Part shown: in pieces, positions 20,650-29,959 of the stretch
How the letters are laid out: every line of letters begins with the position of its first letter
Position numbering within the stretch: position 1 is the stretch's first letter
Assembly: GCA_011364975.1 (NCBI GenBank)
Contig: RDOE01000002.1
Coordinates: 9,793-73,792, forward strand
Length of the DNA: 64,000 bases
Reading direction: 5' to 3'
Origin: Promethearchaeota archaeon
Lineage (GTDB): Archaea; Asgardarchaeota; Lokiarchaeia; Sigyniarchaeales; SOKP01
The notes under the pieces: generated by a model
The model's input: the letters and a program-made list of their open reading frames with translations, nothing else
The model's database searches: none
Told to the model about the DNA's origin: nothing
Translations under genes and position numbers: made by a program

Positions 20650-21870
20650 TTAAAATGAAGTTAAATTTGATTGAGGAAATTGAGATTCTTCCCCTGCAGC
20701 TTGAACATAGGGGGAGATTGGTCCTCGTCCTAGAGCCATAATTCGAATTTTTGATCCTAACATCGGATTTAGAGCAGTCCCAAATTTTAGGGTTGCATCT
20801 TCAGGGATTTCATTTGAAATCGCAGATACAATCTTATCGATCTTTGATAAAGAAAGTTGATGATCTCCTGTAACAGAAATAATGCATCGATCTACGTTAT
20901 CGGTATTTAATTCTAAAAGGGGATTATGGAGAGCCAGTCTAGCCTTTCTGATTAAATCCTTCTCTTCTCCCAAGGATTCCGTAATCCCTATCAATCCTGA
21001 GGGATATTCTCCCTTTTTTTCAAGAACTTTTCTAACATCAGCATAATCGATATTGATTAAACCACAGTTATTGATAAGATTGATAATTTCATTGATACTT
21101 CTAATGAGAACTTCATCCATTATTTTAAAACCAGTTAAAATTGGCATCTTTTGATTAAATCGAAGTAAATTATCATTGGGTATTGGTATTAAAGTATCGG
21201 TATAGTTTAAAAGATCTTTTAAGCCTCTCTGGGCTCTTAAAATTCGCTCTTTACCCTCAGAAGTGAACGGGATTGAGCAGAAGCTTACTACTGTTGCATC
21301 GTTTTTCTTAGCTTCTCTTGCTACTATTGGAGCGGCCCCTGTTCCCGTACCTCCACCTAAACCAAATGTTAAAAATACAACATCAGCATTCAGAACTTGA
21401 GCTAATCTTTCCACATCCTCTTCTGCTGCATTTTTACCCACATCAGGATCATTTCCAGACCCTAATCCGCTGCAAGTTTCCTTTCCAATTAATACTTTCT
21501 GTTTTGCGTTTGAGTAATATAAATCATGAGCATCTGTATTAATATTGAGAGTTTCAATGAATTTAGAACCTAAATCTTGCATTCTTGAGATGGTATTATT
21601 ACCCGCCCCTCCAATACCTACCACTAGGGACTTAATCTTTAAGACTTTAAGTAAGTCAGCTAAGTATTTATCACTATCCAAATTTGTAGATCCTTTATCA
21701 TTTAAATTTTGACGGGCAATTTCTTGAAATCTTGACCTCACAGACATTCTTGATTTGGCTATTTCGGTTAAATTAAGCTCATCCTCAGTCATAATTTTAT
21801 CCATAAAGTAGAAGTAATTCTTATATAATACGAGTATTATATCCAAATAATATAGGATAGTAATATGCAT
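20650..21870 (-). CDS. ftsZ: cell division GTPase FtsZ
   Basis: GIGGAGNN, NTD, GLGGGTGTG signature, IPND, T7 loop INIDYADV. True start is probably near 21804. Confidence 0.93.
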   Translation of the reverse strand: MHITILYYLDIILVLYKNYFYFMDKIMTEDELNLTEIAKSRMSVRSRFQEIARQNLNDKGSTNLDSDKYLADLLKVLKIKSLVVGIGGAGNNTISRMQDLGSKFIETLNINTDAHDLYYSNAKQKVLIGKETCSGLGSGNDPDVGKNAAEEDVERLAQVLNADVVFLTFGLGGGTGTGAAPIVAREAKKNDATVVSFCSIPFTSEGKERILRAQRGLKDLLNYTDTLIPIPNDNLLRFNQKMPILTGFKIMDEVLIRSINEIINLINNCGLINIDYADVRKVLEKKGEYPSGLIGITESLGEEKDLIRKARLALHNPLLELNTDNVDRCIISVTGDHQLSLSKIDKIVSAISNEIPEDATLKFGTALNPMLGSKIRIMALGRGPISPYVQAAGEESQFPQSNLTSF

Positions 21871-22144
21871 GTAATATCGCTCTTAAAATTAAATGCAACT
21901 AGTGCTATGGAGATAACATATTTTTTCAAATATTATAAGGAAAATATCTCATTAGTATTATAATAACATATATGTCAATTTGAGAGCTATTAGCAATAGT
22001 AGATAAATCCCATTTAGGTTATTAGATACTTCGAACCCCATGATATTTAGCTCTAATTATTCGTGGGAAAAAAATGATTGGTTCTAAAGTGAATAAATTT
22101 ATAAGATTATATTTTCACTTGTATTATGTTAGGGGTTTAAAGAA

Positions 22145-22384
22145 ATGGAAATTGATTTGAATAGGAACTCTACAGGTAAAACGTTGGAAGAATCTGAACA
22201 GGCTGATTTAATAAAAGTTAGAGCCTTAATTTCTTGCCCTAATGGAGATTATAGTAAGAAATTTCGTAATCAGTTTCCGAGGAATCAACTAGAATTGTTT
22301 ATAGTAGCAGCAAAAGTGTTTGATTTCATGACTTGCCCTAAGTGTGGAGAGATTCTAAAGTTAGATTTAGAATTTAATATATAA
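22145..22384 (+). CDS. small zinc-ribbon-like protein
   Basis: CPNG and CPKCGE, GGGG RBS. Confidence 0.7.
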   Translation: MEIDLNRNSTGKTLEESEQADLIKVRALISCPNGDYSKKFRNQFPRNQLELFIVAAKVFDFMTCPKCGEILKLDLEFNI

Positions 22385-22424
22385 ATTATATTTCCTTTAT
22401 TTTTCGAGTAGTAGCTACTACTTA

Positions 22425-23741
22425 TCATTCTAATATATCAAGCTTAATTTCTCCATATGTACCTCCGCCACCAGGGGTATAATCAATATTGTTTGATCGA
22501 AAAGCATCGATTACAGAGGCTATTTTTTCATCAAACTGCGAAATTTTTTGAATTGGAATATCAATTAAAATTTCATATTCAGTTCCTAATTGTTCAGTAA
22601 TTTTTTGATAGATGCTTAATACGGTTTTGCTAGTTGCACTTTTGATATGCTTTACAGATCTAATGATGTTGACTAATTGTATTGCATTTATATAAGTTGG
22701 TCTGTGATTTGGATGATTTGGTTCTTTGTATGAAGATATAACGTTGATTCTTTCGCTTACTCCGAGTTTAATTTTAACATTTTTTTTATTTTGTTCCTTG
22801 CAAGAGGGACAAATTGCTTTTTCTTTTGAAACCATATTAATATATACATTCTTAGCTTTTTTTGGGTCAGCAGAGAAATAGATTATGAAATTGTCTGATA
22901 TTGAATATTGATTAAAAATATTTGAAGTTCTAGTGTTAGTCTTCTTAAATATTACGCGTCTTCTGCATTTATTACAGAACATATTATAATATTTCCCTAA
23001 TTTTGGATGAAGTCCAACATTTAAAGTAATTTTTCGATTACTTTTTCTATTAATAGCAAGATTTATTTCCTCAAAAGAGGGATTATCGATTTCAAATCTA
23101 TTAAATTCTCTACCCAAAGAAAGAGGACTTTCTGAATGTGCATCACTATTACTAAGGAAAGTAACATGTTTTAAACAATCAAGACGATCTGCTAAATCAG
23201 TATTAGCAGATAAACCTAATTCAATGAATTTTACATGTTTTATTGCATCTTGATAACACTGCTCCAAAGAGTCGAATTTATTTTGGCGAAATATTGCTTT
23301 AAAAGGAGTAAAAGCATGAGCTGGCCCAATTAATGCCCCCGATTCTGAAACTAATTCTACTAATTCTGCAGGGGATAAATTAACCCTGGGACGACCACCC
23401 CATTCATCAAGTAGATTTTTGGAATATGGAAGCATCTTGTTCTGAAGTTCTTTTACTGTTTTAAAATCTGGAAATAGAATTATTTCATGTATACTTTCCT
23501 TATCTTCAATTTCAGTTTGTAAAATAAAGGAAATATCCTTATAAGTAAAAGCTCCTTCTTTATCTTTTTTAAGGTTAGTTTCTAAATATTTTAACCAATC
23601 TGGCTGTAGCACATCACCAGTTCCCAAAATTTGAAGCCCTTTCTTTTTACACGTTTCAACCATCGTGTCTAAATTTAACGATTTAGATACTGCTATGGAG
23701 TGAGGAGAATGAATATGTAAATCAGCATTGAAGATATCCAT
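22425..23741 (-). CDS. PHP-domain endonuclease Q-like protein (TIGR00375-like)
   Basis: DLHIHS, GTGD, GRP, PAHAFTP, ELGLSA, SNSDAHS, LGRE, LGKY, CNKC..CPSC, GGGGTYG. Confidence 0.9.
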   Translation of the reverse strand: MDIFNADLHIHSPHSIAVSKSLNLDTMVETCKKKGLQILGTGDVLQPDWLKYLETNLKKDKEGAFTYKDISFILQTEIEDKESIHEIILFPDFKTVKELQNKMLPYSKNLLDEWGGRPRVNLSPAELVELVSESGALIGPAHAFTPFKAIFRQNKFDSLEQCYQDAIKHVKFIELGLSANTDLADRLDCLKHVTFLSNSDAHSESPLSLGREFNRFEIDNPSFEEINLAINRKSNRKITLNVGLHPKLGKYYNMFCNKCRRRVIFKKTNTRTSNIFNQYSISDNFIIYFSADPKKAKNVYINMVSKEKAICPSCKEQNKKNVKIKLGVSERINVISSYKEPNHPNHRPTYINAIQLVNIIRSVKHIKSATSKTVLSIYQKITEQLGTEYEILIDIPIQKISQFDEKIASVIDAFRSNNIDYTPGGGGTYGEIKLDILE

Positions 23742-23844
23742 TTGATATAAGAAAGGGTTAATACAATAAAAAGTTTAATTCAATAGTTATTAATAATATA
23801 ATAGGGTCTAATTTTACCCAGCTTCATCTTAAAAATAATAAAGT

Positions 23845-24867
23845 TTACAGAGATTCGCCCAATTTTTTATTACATGAAACTAATAACACTTTAATCTCAT
23901 CATCATTGGGATCCAATGATAATACTTGTTTATAATAAACAATTGCTTGAGTATAATCCTTCTTTATAGTTAAATAGATATTCCCAAGCTTTTTTAAATT
24001 AGATATATTTTCAGGTTCAAGTCGAAGAGCTTCTTTATAATAAAATATTGCGTTGTCAAAATCTTCTATATTACAATAACTGAAAGCAATATTTTCAAAT
24101 AATATTGTATCTTGTGAACTTAAAGTGAGTGCTTTTTCATAACACTCAATTGATTTTTGATAATTATTTAGTAAGGTATAAGAAAGACCTAAATTATTCC
24201 ATGCCTCAATGAAGTAAGGATTGATATCAGTTGCTTTGGAATAAGATTTTACTGCTAAATCATAATCATTTTTCTCATAAGCAACATCACCCAAATCAAA
24301 CCATATATCCTCATTGTCCGGATCTAATTCTAAGGCTTTATTATAGAATTTTATAGCATTTTCAAAATCTTCAATATCAAAATAGATATTTGCTAAATTA
24401 TTATAGAGAATAGGCTCATCAGGGTTAATTCTAATAGATTTTTCATAACATTCAATTGCTTTATCAAAATCTTCCATATCACGGTAAAGTAATGCAATAT
24501 TGTTCCACACATCGGTATAACTTGGTTCATATTCCAAAGCGATCTTATAATATTTTAAAGCATTATCCAGATCTCCAAGATCTTCATAAGCGAACCCAAG
24601 ATTATAGTAAGTTACTGCATCTTCGGGATCAAGCTCTAAAGCTTTTTCATAGCACAGAATAGCGTTCTTATAATCCCTTATCATCCCGTATGATAATCCT
24701 AGGTTGTTCCATACCTCTGAAAAGTAAGGGTTAATTTCTATAGCTCTTTTATAAGATTCGATTGCCTCCTCATAACTATTCGTATCATAATAGGCATCTC
24801 CTAAATTGATCCAAGCATCGGCGTCATTAGGATCAAGTTCCACTGATTTTTTATATCTTTCAATCAT
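23845..24867 (-). CDS. tetratricopeptide repeat protein (about 9 TPRs)
   Basis: Repeated 34-aa W/Y.NLG..Y...A...Y.KALE..P units. Confidence 0.93.
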   Translation of the reverse strand: MIERYKKSVELDPNDADAWINLGDAYYDTNSYEEAIESYKRAIEINPYFSEVWNNLGLSYGMIRDYKNAILCYEKALELDPEDAVTYYNLGFAYEDLGDLDNALKYYKIALEYEPSYTDVWNNIALLYRDMEDFDKAIECYEKSIRINPDEPILYNNLANIYFDIEDFENAIKFYNKALELDPDNEDIWFDLGDVAYEKNDYDLAVKSYSKATDINPYFIEAWNNLGLSYTLLNNYQKSIECYEKALTLSSQDTILFENIAFSYCNIEDFDNAIFYYKEALRLEPENISNLKKLGNIYLTIKKDYTQAIVYYKQVLSLDPNDDEIKVLLVSCNKKLGESL

Positions 24868-24944
24868 AATTTAAGGTTAGAACTATTGAAGATTAAAATG
24901 ATATCTCTCTATTATTTTTTTATATTTTTGAAAATCATGAAAAC

Positions 24945-25985
24945 TTAAACCATTAGGAGCATTTTATCAATCTTTTGATCAGTTAAGAGTATTCTATAAT
25001 ATGGTTCATTATTTTTATAAATAACCTCCTCTAATTTACCTAATACGAAAACTTTCTCCCCTTTAACTGCCTGTTCACAATATCTTCCTCGGTATGAAGT
25101 AATCTTAGTTATTTTATTCATATCGAGATGAGATATTTTTAGATGTTGTTCAATAATCTGGAAACATTTTATTGAATAGGAGCAGGGTGTAAAAATTGAT
25201 TCAGAAGAATCGATTATTTCACCTTTTACTGCGATGGTACCTAGATTCTTGAATTGATAATCATAATATGTTCCTTCCCAATCTTCAGGACTTTTAATAT
25301 AACGAATAAAGAAATCAATATTAAGATATTTTCCTTGATGTTGTTTTCTTTGTTCACTTCTTAAGAAATCTTGAAATGAAACATCAGAGCCCCCAAATCT
25401 CCAATTGTAGTGAGATTTAAACTCATCAAGTTTATATTTTCTGCAGGAATTTGGTTTTTCATATATTTCTTTTAATTTATTTTGAAATTCTAAAGAATTT
25501 TGAGTACCATAAATGATGATATCTATATCCGAATCTAAGTTACTTAATCCGATCATAGAAGATCCGGATATCCCAATAGAATTCTCTGAAAGAGAAGAGT
25601 TTTGTATAAATAGATCGCATAAATCAAAAGACATTAACTCTAATTTTGAAAGGTTTTCTTTATGATGTAAAAATTTGAAATAGTTTTTTGGAGTATAAAT
25701 TTTTTTAATATCTTCACATTTAACTCCTTGAAGTGGAATGTCAAGTTCTTTAGAATAGAATAAATATTGGGGAAATTTCTCTTTTAGTATCAAAAATCTA
25801 TCATCAAAAGCATAGACTTTTTTGAATTTAATACCATTTTTTACACGATCTCCATTTTGATCTGGAAAAAATCGTAAAAAACAAATTTTTCGATCTTTTG
25901 GGTGATGAATACCTTTTATATCAAAAAAAAGATTATCTTTTTTCGTTTCAAGGTAATCTCCTTCAATTCCTTTTGGAACTTCCAT
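24945..25985 (-). CDS. archaeal Pol-beta-fold nucleotidyltransferase (COG1665-like)
   Basis: KGIHHP, GISGS...SDIDIIIYG, C-terminal OB-like GEKVFVLGKLE. Confidence 0.8.
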   Translation of the reverse strand: MEVPKGIEGDYLETKKDNLFFDIKGIHHPKDRKICFLRFFPDQNGDRVKNGIKFKKVYAFDDRFLILKEKFPQYLFYSKELDIPLQGVKCEDIKKIYTPKNYFKFLHHKENLSKLELMSFDLCDLFIQNSSLSENSIGISGSSMIGLSNLDSDIDIIIYGTQNSLEFQNKLKEIYEKPNSCRKYKLDEFKSHYNWRFGGSDVSFQDFLRSEQRKQHQGKYLNIDFFIRYIKSPEDWEGTYYDYQFKNLGTIAVKGEIIDSSESIFTPCSYSIKCFQIIEQHLKISHLDMNKITKITSYRGRYCEQAVKGEKVFVLGKLEEVIYKNNEPYYRILLTDQKIDKMLLMV

Positions 25986-26006
25986 ATCTTTTTTTAAAGA
26001 TTTTAA

Positions 26007-27110
26007 TTAATAATTTGAAGGAGTCTTTGTTTTAATTTTATATTTTGGGATTTCTCTTACTTTTCTTAATTCTCTTTCAAAATCCTTCTTTTCTTGTAAA
26101 AATCTCTCTTTGTCTCGATCTAATTTCTCTCTTTCTCGTTTAATTATATTTTTTTCACTTTCAATTCGAGATTTTTCATTTTCTAATCGCTTAAATTGAT
26201 TATTTAATTCTTTTAATTTATTTTCTGAATTACGAATTTTATGTTCTAATGAAAAGTAAGTATCTTCAGCTTTAGGAACCTTGTAATTTAATTCCTTTAA
26301 TTTTGCTTCTTGTTCTTTTCTCTTTCTTTCGAGGTTCTTTAATTCATCTTCTAGCTTGTCTTTAAATTTCTCTAATTCCGTTTTTTTCTTTTCTACTTCT
26401 CGGTTTTTAAGGTTTAAGTCTTTCTTTTTATATTTTACTCCTCGCTTTTCTTCTTGTAATTTTCTTTTCTCATCTTCAATTCGATTTCTTTCATCAATAA
26501 TTTCTCTTTTCAAATCATTAATCTCTTTGTCTAAATTGTCTCTTTCTCTAGTTAGACTTTTTATTTCATTTCTTAACCGCATTAAATCGTTTTCTAGCTT
26601 TTCAATAGTTCGTTCTAATGCTTCCTCTCGTCTCTCCATTCCAGGTATTTTAGTTTTAATTTCCTTTATACGGTTTTGTGCTCCTTCTTTTTCTCTTTCT
26701 AATAGTCTTTTTTCCTCGGTTAAGTTTTCTTTTAATCGCTCTAATTGTTCTTGATATGCTCTTAAGTCTGACTTTTTTTGATTTAACTCTCTTTCTTTTT
26801 GATCAATCTTATTTCTACTCTCATATATTACATTTTTCATCGCATCCATTTCTTGCTTTAACTTCTCGCGCTGATCGAGTAGATCTCTGACTTCAAGTTC
26901 TTTTTCTTTTCTTTTATGTTCTAAATTTTTAATGTTTACTTGATAGTCTTCAAATTTCTTTATAACTCTTTCCCATTCGGTTTTTTCTCTGTTTAATTTA
27001 ATTCTTTCTTCCTTAATTTTTTTCAATAATTTCGAATCTGGAATGCTTTCTATACTTTCTTCCGGTGTTTTCTCTCGAATTTGAAACTTTGGAATATTAT
27101 TATCAGTCAT
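26007..27110 (-). CDS. long coiled-coil protein
   Basis: About 320 aa of E/K/R-rich heptads with no globular or ATPase motif. Confidence 0.85.
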   Translation of the reverse strand: MTDNNIPKFQIREKTPEESIESIPDSKLLKKIKEERIKLNREKTEWERVIKKFEDYQVNIKNLEHKRKEKELEVRDLLDQREKLKQEMDAMKNVIYESRNKIDQKERELNQKKSDLRAYQEQLERLKENLTEEKRLLEREKEGAQNRIKEIKTKIPGMERREEALERTIEKLENDLMRLRNEIKSLTRERDNLDKEINDLKREIIDERNRIEDEKRKLQEEKRGVKYKKKDLNLKNREVEKKKTELEKFKDKLEDELKNLERKRKEQEAKLKELNYKVPKAEDTYFSLEHKIRNSENKLKELNNQFKRLENEKSRIESEKNIIKREREKLDRDKERFLQEKKDFERELRKVREIPKYKIKTKTPSNY

Positions 27111-27285
27111 ACTAACTTAATAACTCAATTTTTCGTTTAATTAAACTATATTAATACAGGCTCTAAAGTGTTTGCACTTTCAATTTTAGATAAATTTCTA
27201 CTTGTTAATTATTTATATATCTTAATTTCCATAACTTACTAGAAGTATAATAAAAAGATCATTCAAAAATTATGGTGTTTCTATA

Positions 27286-27708
27286 ATGGAATTTGATGAG
27301 GAGTTTGATGAAGAGTTTGATGAAGAGTTTGATGAGGAGTTTGATGAGGATTTAGATGAAGATCTAGATGAGCAATCATCAGAACCTCCTGGAAAAATTC
27401 CAGATGATGATGTTAAAACCAAAACCCCTGAACCTAAAGTAATTCAGGAAGGGAAAAAGATTTCAGTCTACTTCATGTCAACTATAGGTCCAGGTGAAAA
27501 AAAGCAAAAACTGTTAATTAACACGGGAAATAAGGTTGGTGATGTAAAAGAAACCGCTGCAAATTTGTTTGGTTTAGATCCTGCTGACTTTCATTTATCC
27601 TCGAGTGGGGTTACGATGGATGAAAATTCAAGCTTAAACGATTATAATATAGCTGATGGAGATGATATTCTTTTGATTCCGGCAAGCACCGCGGGATTAA
27701 AATGTTAA
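27286..27708 (+). CDS. ubiquitin-like (UFM1-like) modifier 1 with an acidic N-terminal extension
   Basis: Beta-grasp signature G..MD....L.DYNI.DGD.ILLIP. Ends PASTAG-LKC. Confidence 0.85.
   Translation: MEFDEEFDEEFDEEFDEEFDEDLDEDLDEQSSEPPGKIPDDDVKTKTPEPKVIQEGKKISVYFMSTIGPGEKKQKLLINTGNKVGDVKETAANLFGLDPADFHLSSSGVTMDENSSLNDYNIADGDDILLIPASTAGLKC
27289..27372 (+). repeat. 7 x 12-bp tandem repeat encoding (E/D)(F/L)DE
   Basis: GARTTTGATGAR x5 followed by GATYTAGATGAR x2. Confidence 0.9.
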
Positions 27709-27725
27709 TTAAATTTATAAAATAA

Positions 27726-28547
27726 TTAGCTTTTTCCATTAATTTTTTTTCTGGTAGGAATTAGAGCTAATTCATCATCATCTTCAATATTGTAGTCAAT
27801 AATTTTTAAATCATCATCTAACAAGATTCCTCCAGAGGAAATTAGAAAACCATCTGGATTATAATCAAATAAAACACCTATTTTCTGTTTGATTATATTT
27901 ATCAATTCCGATGTATCAATTATCATTATTTTCGTTTTCTCACCAGGTTCAATTAATGATCGAACATAAACACGTATTTTCTCATCAATTTCAACAATTC
28001 TTTTTGGTGGGGTATAATTTATAGGATCGTCTGTGACACTTCTGTTTTTTATCATAGTTTCAATTAGTTGAATTCTCTCATCAGGATCGAAGTATAATAA
28101 TTCTCTAATGAAAAAAATTTTATCCATTTTTGAAAGTCCCAATAGGTTTATTTTCTCTAAATCTTCTTTTTTAAATACAGAAAAGATATAGTCATTAATT
28201 TTTGGAATATCTTCAAATGATTCATTTGAATCAGCATAACTATCAATTAAAGGATTTGCCTCAAAGTAGTCTTCAATAAATTGATTAGCTAGATTTTTTA
28301 ATGATTTCTTTTGAGGTTGATATTTTTGTTGAGGTAGCGCTTTTTTCTTTCCTAAAAACTTATATGAGCTCTCTTTTGACTGAATAATGGTATAAGCAGT
28401 ACTAGTAGATAATACAGCTACACTACTAATAGTTAAAAAGAGATATAAAGGAATACTCTCTACCCTCGAAAGGAACAATATTATATAAATACAAGTTACA
28501 ACAATGTAGAGAGTTATTAAACCAAATGCTCTATTTTTATTTCTCAT
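27726..28547 (-). CDS. membrane-anchored protein with a C-terminal UFM1-like domain (no terminal Gly motif)
   Basis: Two N-terminal hydrophobic helices. The C-terminal domain VYVRSLIEPGEK...SSGG..LD.....DYNIEDDDELALIP is a paralog of both modifiers. Confidence 0.82.
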   Translation of the reverse strand: MRNKNRAFGLITLYIVVTCIYIILFLSRVESIPLYLFLTISSVAVLSTSTAYTIIQSKESSYKFLGKKKALPQQKYQPQKKSLKNLANQFIEDYFEANPLIDSYADSNESFEDIPKINDYIFSVFKKEDLEKINLLGLSKMDKIFFIRELLYFDPDERIQLIETMIKNRSVTDDPINYTPPKRIVEIDEKIRVYVRSLIEPGEKTKIMIIDTSELINIIKQKIGVLFDYNPDGFLISSGGILLDDDLKIIDYNIEDDDELALIPTRKKINGKS

Positions 28548-28628
28548 AATTTTTATACTATTATTCTAAATTTCTAATGTATTATTCAAAATTTAAATTC
28601 CATTGGTATAAATCTGAAATTTTATAAC

Positions 28629-29300
28629 CTACTCACCCACAATAGAGTTCATTATTTTTGTATATTTCTCAGTATCTAATCTAAATAATATTCTTTTATT
28701 ATCTTTTTCAACCTTTATAATCCTTAATTTATGAAGAATTTTAAGATACTTTTTAATTGTATTGTAATTCTTCTTTAAATTCTTCGCTAATTGGGTAGCT
28801 TTTAAGCTATTTTCTTCTTTTAACATAAATTCGATTATTTCTTGGATAATTACTTGTTTTAAATAATAAGATAACTCGTCGTATTCGGGATTTGACTCAT
28901 AGTGAAAGATTATTCTTTGATTATCAATTTTTTTTGATCTAGTAAATCCAAATTTTTCTAAGCAAGATAAATGCCATAATACTTGATTGCTACCAATATT
29001 TATCGCTTTCATAATTTCATTGATATTGGCAGGTTGTTTCTTGATATAATTATAAATTTCATTTCTGATTGGATGTTCGATAATATTATTTTTCATTAAT
29101 TTAGTTCCTGGTATTAGGATTCTTTTTTTAATTAGTTTTTTTATAATTTTTTCAATACTATTTTTATTCAAATTTGGGTTAAATTTCACCCTATTATTTA
29201 TATAAACAACAATATCCTCAATTGAAAAAAATGGCTTCTTTTTTAAATACTCCTTTATTAGATCACAAACAATAGCTTGAAGGGTATCAGAAGAGCTCAT
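28629..29300 (-). CDS. tandem winged-HTH transcriptional regulator (ArsR-like)
   Basis: RNEIYNYI...NQVLWHLSCLEKFG and TQLAKNLKKNYNTIKKYLKIL. Confidence 0.8.
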   Translation of the reverse strand: MSSSDTLQAIVCDLIKEYLKKKPFFSIEDIVVYINNRVKFNPNLNKNSIEKIIKKLIKKRILIPGTKLMKNNIIEHPIRNEIYNYIKKQPANINEIMKAINIGSNQVLWHLSCLEKFGFTRSKKIDNQRIIFHYESNPEYDELSYYLKQVIIQEIIEFMLKEENSLKATQLAKNLKKNYNTIKKYLKILHKLRIIKVEKDNKRILFRLDTEKYTKIMNSIVGE

Positions 29301-29565
29301 AAACTTTAATTTTTTTTTGTTAAAATACCTTGATTTTTAAACTAAATCTTCTTTCTAAACAGTATTTCCAATAATTATATATTAATAAGCCTACACTCAA
29401 TTTATAAATATATTTTCCTAAGAATGCTTTTGAAACTTTAGTACTTATTTGAGAAATTTTTAATATTTCAAATTCATTCCAAATGGTTTTTTAATATCAG
29501 ATTTGCGTGTTATTATTAAAAAATAAAATAAAATTAATATTTAAAAATATAAGAATGTGATTTGA

Positions 29566-29898
29566 ATGAGTTTTGACAACGATTTTGATGAAGAATTAGA
29601 GCCTGTTAAATCTAAAACTCCATCAAGTAAAACACCCACAACAGGTAAAAAGTTGACTTTATACTTTATGTCAACTATTGGTCCTGGTGAAAAGAAAGAG
29701 AAATTAACAGTGAATGACGCTAACCGTGTAAGTGATATCAAACAAACATTAGGAAATTTATTTGGACTCGATCCTGATGAATTTCACCTTTCATCTGGTG
29801 GAGTAACTATGGATGAAAGTAATCAACTAAAAGATTATAATGTTAATGATGGCGATGATATCCTTCTGATCCCAGCGAGTACTGCGGGATACTTTTAA
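29566..29898 (+). CDS. ubiquitin-like (UFM1-like) modifier 2
   Basis: Close paralog of 27286..27708. Ends PASTAG-YF and lies directly upstream of the E1. Confidence 0.87.
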   Translation: MSFDNDFDEELEPVKSKTPSSKTPTTGKKLTLYFMSTIGPGEKKEKLTVNDANRVSDIKQTLGNLFGLDPDEFHLSSGGVTMDESNQLKDYNVNDGDDILLIPASTAGYF

Positions 29899-29924
29899 AT
29901 AATTCTTTTCATAAAATCTAATAT

Positions 29925-29959
29925 AAGGGCATTAAGCCCTTTAATTTTTTTATTTTTTT
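29925..29959 (+). terminator. hairpin plus U-tract between modifier 2 and the E1
   Basis: AAGGGC-ATTAA-GCCCTT followed by TAATTTTTTTATTTTTTT. Confidence 0.55.

Noticed and set aside
20650-21870. Tubulin or CetZ assignment
   Set aside because: GGAGNN, NTD and the INIDYAD T7 loop are FtsZ-type.
21990-22075. tRNA-like TTCGAACCC and a weak hairpin in the ftsZ upstream region
   Set aside because: No cloverleaf could be built, and the region is too AT-rich for a tRNA.
26007-27110. SMC/Rad50, ESCRT-III or intermediate-filament assignment
   Set aside because: No Walker motifs, hinge or Snf7 pattern. Generic coiled-coil similarity is uninformative.
27289-27372. Possible CRISPR array or LIR/AIM motifs
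   Set aside because: The units are contiguous, in-frame 12-mers with no spacers. The F-x-x-x-F/L spacing does not match the W/F/Y-x-x-L/I/V motif.
27697-27708. Prenylation signal at the C-terminal Cys of modifier 1 (GLKC), with the CPBP protease as processor
   Set aside because: It is not a CaaX arrangement, the Cys is not shared by the paralog, and the CPBP gene is 25 kb away in another module.
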